Shown here: one piece after another, positions 58,501-64,000 of the stretch
Layout: each line of letters opens with the position of its first letter
Numbering within the stretch: position 1 is the first letter of the stretch
Source: Macrostomum lignano
Lineage: Eukaryota
Length of the DNA stretch: 64,000 nucleotides
Direction of reading: 5' to 3'
NCBI GenBank assembly: GCA_002269645.1
Contig: NIVC01003104.1
Coordinates: 60,815-124,814 of the forward strand
The notes under the pieces: generated by a model
Told to the model about the DNA's origin: nothing
The model's input: the letters and a program-made list of their open reading frames with translations, nothing else
The model's database searches: none
Made by a program: the position numbers and the translations under genes

Positions 58501-61500
58501 TCCCCTTTTCATCCCTGTCTCTTCCCCTTTCACCCCTGTCGGCCTGTCTCTTCCCTTTCACCCCTGTCTCTTCCCCTTTCACCCCTGTCTCTTCCCCTTT
58601 CACCCCTGTCTCTTCCCCTTTCATCCCTGTCTCTTCCCCTTTCACCCCTGTCTCTTCCCCTTTCATCCCTGTCTCTTCCCCTTTCACCCCTGTCTCTTCC
58701 CCTTTCACCCCTGTCTCTTCCCCTTTCATCCCTGTCTCTTCCCCTTTCACCCCTGTCTCTTCCTCTTTCACCCCTGTCTCTTCTCCTTTCATCCCTGTCT
58801 CTTCCCCTTTCACCCCTGTCGGCCTGTCTCTTCCCCTTTCACCCCTGTCTCTTCCCCTTTCATCCCTGTCTCTTCCCCTTTCACCCCTGTCTCTTCCCCT
58901 TTTCATCCCTGTCTCTTCCCCTTTCACCCCTGTCTCTTCCCATTTCACCCTGTCTCTTCCCCTTTCACCCCTGTCTCTTCCCCTTTCACCCCTGTCTCTT
59001 CCCCTTTCACCCCTGTCTCTTCCCCTTTCACCCCTGTCTCTTCCCCTTTCACCCCTGTCTATTCTCCTTTCATCCCTGTCTCTTCCCCTTTCATCCCTGA
59101 CCCTGTCTCATCTTTCATCCCTGTCTCATCTCCTTTCACCCCTGTCTCTTCTCCTTTCATCCCTGTCTCATCTCCTTTCATCCCTGTCTCTTCTCCTTTC
59201 ATCCCTGTCTCATCTCCTTTCATCCCTGTCTCTTCTCCTTTCATCCCTGTCTCATCTCCTTTCATCCCTGTCTCTTCTCCTTTCATCCCTGTCTCATCTC
59301 CTTTCATCCCTGTCTCATCTCCTTTCATCCCTGTCTCTTCTCCTTTCATCCCTGTCTCTTCTCCTTTCATCCCTGTCTCTTCCCCTTTCATCCCTGTCTC
59401 ATCTCCTTTCACCCCTGTCTCTTCTCCTTTCATCCCTGTCTCTTCTCCTTTCATCCCTGTCTCATCTCCTTTCATCCCTGTCTCTTCCCCTTTCATCCTT
59501 GTCTGTTTTTTTCACCCTTGTTTCCCCATTTCATCCCTGTCTCTTCTTTTTTCATCCCTGTCTCTTCCCCTTTCATCCCTGTCTCTTCCCTTTTACCCCT
59601 GTCTCTCCCTGATCTTCTGATTATATCGCAGACAATTGCAGCTCAATCCAGCTCGCGTCTCCCGCCCATTTCAGAGGATGTAGCAGCAGTGGAGTCGGTG
59701 AAAGCGGCCAGCGAAGTCTACTCCCCTGTGTCTGGCACCGTCACCGATGTTAACAAATCGCTAGAAACTGACTTCGCCCTCATCAACAAGTCGCCCCTAG
59801 AGAAAGGTCAGTTTTCACTGGTTTAAACAGTGTGGGTAATGGGTATCGGCTGACCCTATATAATATAATACTGGCCGCTAGTTTTCCAGGTCGCAACAGC
59901 GTGCGTCTAAGCTCTTATTGTCTTGTCTGACGCACATTTTCCTTATCAGTTATGCAGACATATAGTTATCTGAATTGGGCGTCAGTATTGTACAGTCTTG
60001 TACACAGAGATTCGCGCCATTTCTTCACGTGCAGGTGCAAGTCTGTTTAGTAAATTTCCGTCCCAACGGAACACCTGGGGGGAGGGGAGGAGGCTCGTTA
60101 ACTATTTTTGACCGCTTGCAGAAAATTCCGCCCCACAACTGCACCACGAATCATAAAGTGTATTCGTTCTCTTGGATTCCAGTGTGCTAATCTGCTGATT
60201 TTGAGTAGTTTTGTGCAGTTTTTTGGGGGAAATCTAGATCTGTCTGGAGGGGGTTATTCTCTGTGTCTCTACTGCAGTTTCTCACATCAAATGGGGGGTA
60301 TTCTCTGTGTCTCTACTGCAGTTTGTCATATCAAATGGGGGGTATTCTCTGTGTCTCTACTGCAGTTTGTCACATCAAATGGGGGGTATTCTCTGTGTCT
60401 CTACTGCAGTTTGTCATATCAAATAGGGGGTATTCTCTGTGTCTCTACTGCAGTTTGTCATATCAAATGGGGGTATTCTCTGTGTCTGAACTGCAGTTTC
60501 TCATATCAAATGGGGTATTCTCTGTGTCTGAACTGCAGTTTCTCATATCAAATGGGGGTATTCTCTGTGTCTGAACTGCAGTTTCTCATATCAAATGGGG
60601 GTATTCTCTGTGTCTGAACTGCAGTTTCTCATATCAAATGGGGGGTATTCTCTGTGTCTCTACTGCAGTTTGTCATATCAAATGGGGGGGTATTCTCTGT
60701 GTCTGAACTGCAGTTTCTCATATCAAGTGGGGGGGGGGTATTCTCTGTGTCTGAACTGCAGTTTCTCATATCAAATGGGGTATTCTCTGTGTCTGAACTG
60801 CAGTTTCTCATATCAAATGGGGGTATTCTCTGTGTCTGAACTGCAGTTTCTCATATCAAATGGGGTATTCTCTGTGTCTGAACTGCAGTTTCTCATATCA
60901 AATGGGGGTATTCTCTGTGTCTGAACTGCAGTGTGTCATATCAGTCTGGGGGTATTTTCCATACCTGAACTGCAGTGTGTCATATCAGTCCGGGGTATTT
61001 TCTATACCTGAACTGCAGTGTGTCATATCAGTCCGGGGTATTTTCCATACCTGAACTGCAGTGTGTCATATCAGTCCGGGGTATTTTCCATACCTGAACT
61101 GCAGTGTGTCATATCAGTCCGGGGTATTTTCCATACCTGAACTGCAGTGTGTCATATCAGTCCGGGGTATTTTCCATACCTGAACTGCAGTGTGTCATAT
61201 CAGTCCGGGGTATTTTCCATACCTGAACTGCAGTGTGTCATATCAGTCCGGGGTATTTTCCATACCTGAACTGCAGTGTGTCATATCAGTCCGGGGTATT
61301 TTCTATACCTGAACTAGTAAACATAATAGTTTTGTTTCACTCAGGCTTGAAAGTTTGGCAAAGAAATTTCCTCTAGAAAAAAGCATGCTGAAACTGTTTT
61401 GCAGGCTGGATTTTCAAGGTCAGCCTGAGCGACAAGGACGAGCTGAAGCTGCTGATGGACCAGGCTGCCTACGACAAATACCTGAAGAACGAGGCAGACG

Positions 61501-61520
61501 AAGAAGACGATCATCACTAG
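55584..61520 (+). CDS. GCSH: Glycine cleavage system H protein, mitochondrial, 4 exons, ~177 aa
   Basis: Exons 55584-55722 (basic/hydroxylated transit-peptide-like), 58140-58286 (YSKKHEYV..ARVGISNYAQEKLGDVVYVQLPEV), 59675-59806 (lipoyl motif VESVKAASEVYSPVSGTV..LINKSP) and 61405-61520 (GWIFKV..LMDQAAYDKYL..*). All introns are phase 1, GT-AG. Confidence 0.93.
56290..57072. mobile_element. Non-autonomous hAT-like element, 783 bp, GCSH intron 1
   Basis: 20-bp TIR CCATAGCTGGGAAAGTGGCA / TGCCACCTTCCCAACTATGG (2 mismatches), 8-bp TSD TATATAAG (56282-56289, 57073-57080), and subterminal GGCGCACA/GGCACA repeats at both ends. Confidence 0.85.
58330..59610 (+). repeat. Pyrimidine-rich minisatellite, 21-bp unit (TTCACCCCTGTCTCTTCCCCT), GCSH intron 2
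   Basis: Direct tandem repeat. Confidence 0.96.
60247..61315 (+). repeat. Minisatellite, ~43-45-bp unit with three successive subtypes, GCSH intron 3
   Basis: GGGGTATT..ACTGCAG..TCATATCA core; the last subtype is GGGGTATTTTCCATACCTGAACTGCAGTGTGTCATATCAGTCC (43 bp). Confidence 0.95.
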
Positions 61521-62539
61521 CTGTCCAATGATTATCACCGTGCTGACTGTCTTATTTATCTTTTGATATTCGTTAAATACTACTAATATTATCGATAGTA
61601 GAAATGGGCAGTAGGTAGGTATATAAATTAATCGAAAAAAATATTTCTGCACTTTTTCTGTGTGTCTCAGTCTCGAATTTCCCCATATAGTGACTCCCGT
61701 GCGCTCGCTTGCGGCGTCCTTGCCTGAAATCGTTATAAAAATATTCTTACCGTTAAATCTATTTTGGAGTGTCTCATTTTGCTGCTTTCATATCCGCTGC
61801 CTTCAATGTCTCGTTGCTTGAGGAATAATTGCCGAAATGTCTCTCGGCCTTGTTATTCTAGTACGAAAACTATTTTTAGCTCATAACAAATTTTTTTTAT
61901 GCACGCGTGTTCCTTATTTACTACTGATAGTAGCTTGAATTCCGATTCGCATAAAAACTATTGCAGATAAAAAGCGAAAAAAGACAAAATCAGTTTATCA
62001 ATAAAAAACAATCATTTTGATTTGTTGAACTAACAGCGCTGACTTATCTGACAGGATTTAGGCACAAAGATTGGTTTGCTTTGAATAATAATTTAGTAAG
62101 CTGCAGCACATTGCCAATTGCAAGATTTGTGTTGAACAATGTCTCTCCAACTCCGCTGTCAGTCGCCCGCTGTGTGCTATAAATTCCATGCACCGATTTG
62201 GTCTGTTTTTTCTTTAATAATTCCCAAATTGCCCACAGATTTCATTGGCTTTTACTCGTAAAATTGAAAAATATATATTAATCCATTTGGTGCACTATAT
62301 ATACTACTGTTAGTCATCTATTGTCCTTTTTCAATATTGATTAAGTAAAATGGATTGAGCTTGCGTGTTAGCCCTTCGCTGGTAAATCCAGTCCTTGCAA
62401 GGCATATCGCTTGCTTGCCAAAATAATCATAATTCATTGCATCTATGAGTTAATTGACATTTTATCGTTTCATTTTTCAACTCTAGTTTAATCTGGGTGT
62501 CTTATGGAATATGGATGCCCTGTCATCCCGATTTGGGCA

Positions 62540-62912
62540 TGACACTTAAATCTCACCTGAGACGCTAAATATGACACTCAAATCTCACCTGAGACGCTAA
62601 ATATGACACTCAAATCTCACCTGAGACGCTAAATATGACACTCAAATCTCACCTGAGACGCTAAATATGACACTCAAATCTCACCTGAGACGCTAAATAT
62701 GACACTCAAATCTCACCTGAGACGCTAAATATGACACTCAAATCTCACCTGAGACGCTGAATGTGACACTCAAATCTCACCTGGGACACTGAATATGACA
62801 CTCAATTCTCACCTGAGACACTAAATATGACGCTCAAATCTCACCTGAGACACTGAATTTGACACTCAATTCTCACCTGAGACACTGAATATGACACTCA
62901 ATTCTCACCTGC
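62540..62912 (+). repeat. Minisatellite, 32-bp unit (ATGACACTCAAATCTCACCTGAGACGCTAAAT)
   Basis: Direct tandem repeat, ~11 copies. Confidence 0.95.
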
Positions 62913-63806
62913 GAACTGCAACACCGGCTTCAAAATGACAATGCATTAACGTATATCATTTCATACCACGTACAGTTCTGAGCTGCATCCTATCGCAGTA
63001 GGGCGACCTCAAGTTAACTTGCCACTCACTCACCCTTCAGCAGCTTTTTTATCTACTAACCGCGACCAACTCTGCTTAACTTGCAGCAATGTTTTTGCCT
63101 TGGTGGTGTTCCCTAACCCACTGAACTTAGTAAACTTGCCAAATATAAGCTCGTATAGCTAGCTAGTCTATTATCAGTAGTGTGAATGAGGCAAAACTAT
63201 AGATAATGCATAACATATCACCATCAAAGCTTTATTAATGCCTTAATAATTAAATGACATCAGGATTTCACGCCCCCCCCCATGTTGTGCAAATCTTAAA
63301 TTATTTGTCATATGTCGGTCTCAGTGATCACATTAGCATTGGCGTTGGCGTAAAGCGTTGCTTAAATTGGTTTGGTGTTTGCATTTATATTTTAACGCTT
63401 TTATTATATAGCGATATGTAGCCTGAATAATACGACTATATGATACAGTTTGCCATTGCCCGAGTCTGTGGGAAGATTAATAGGACGGCGATTCTGTCCG
63501 TTCCAGCTGGCTAAACAGCCATACTGTATCGGCATGGTCCCCGTGCTCAGAGGGTTTGGGATTTTTCTGACAACTGATTCTGCTCACAGTCTGATTTGAA
63601 AATCTTTCAGCTGCTACTTAACTATTCCCAATGCCTGTGTTATTACTTCTTTTAGTTTGCATGTCTTCTTGGGTTTCGCCTCTTACCCTCAAGAATTCAA
63701 TATAAACTCCCAGTTGACATCGCAGCACTCCGTGTGCTATTAAATTGTAGTTACACTTCTCTCTTTGAGCGGCTCTATTGCGTGTAGCTATATTTTGCGG
63801 ATATAT

Positions 63807-64000
63807 AGAGAGGGCTATGACGGGAGAGAATGGGCACTAAGAGGGCTATGACGGGAGAGAATGGGCACTGAGAGGGCTATGACGGGAGAGAGTAGACACT
63901 GAGAGGGCTATGGCAGGAGAAAGTAGACACTGATAGGGATATGACGGGAGAGAGTAGACACTGAGGGGGCTATGACGGGAGAGAGTAGACACTGAGGGGG
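63807..64000 (+). repeat. Minisatellite, 31-bp unit (GAGAGGGCTATGACGGGAGAGAATGGGCACT), running off the window end
   Basis: Direct tandem repeat. Confidence 0.92.

Noticed and set aside
58100-59620. 506-aa ORF fusing a GCSH exon to FTPVSSP repeats
   Set aside because: Intron read-through; donor at 58287, and H-protein alignment continues at 59675.

Overview
Eukaryotic (metazoan) genomic DNA, not prokaryotic. It has GT-AG introns, GC-rich distal exons with poly-A/G/P/Q tracts, and about one third of the window in tandem repeats. The style resembles the flatworm Macrostomum lignano; this is an inference and was not verified. Seven protein-coding genes are supported: (1) a large acidic protein on - with a near-perfect 234-bp/78-aa coding repeat running off the window start; (2) a complete 6-exon TM9SF2-type gene (+); (3) a single-exon FoxG forkhead gene (-) in a ~29 kb gene-free landscape; (4) an unidentified 342-aa coiled-coil/low-complexity ORF (-); (5) a 3-exon calmodulin-like EF-hand gene (+); (6) a 4-exon synaptogyrin (-); (7) a 4-exon glycine cleavage H protein gene (+). 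The six genes other than FoxG form three head-to-head pairs. There are 21 non-coding minisatellite arrays, two non-autonomous hAT-like elements with TIRs and 8-bp TSDs, several fold-back elements, and a short array of LTR-end/tRNA-Leu primer-binding-site-like units in TM9SF2 intron 1. Most ORF-track entries are artefacts of repeats. Exon boundaries were derived by hand from splice signals, reading frame and remembered family motifs; no database search was run.
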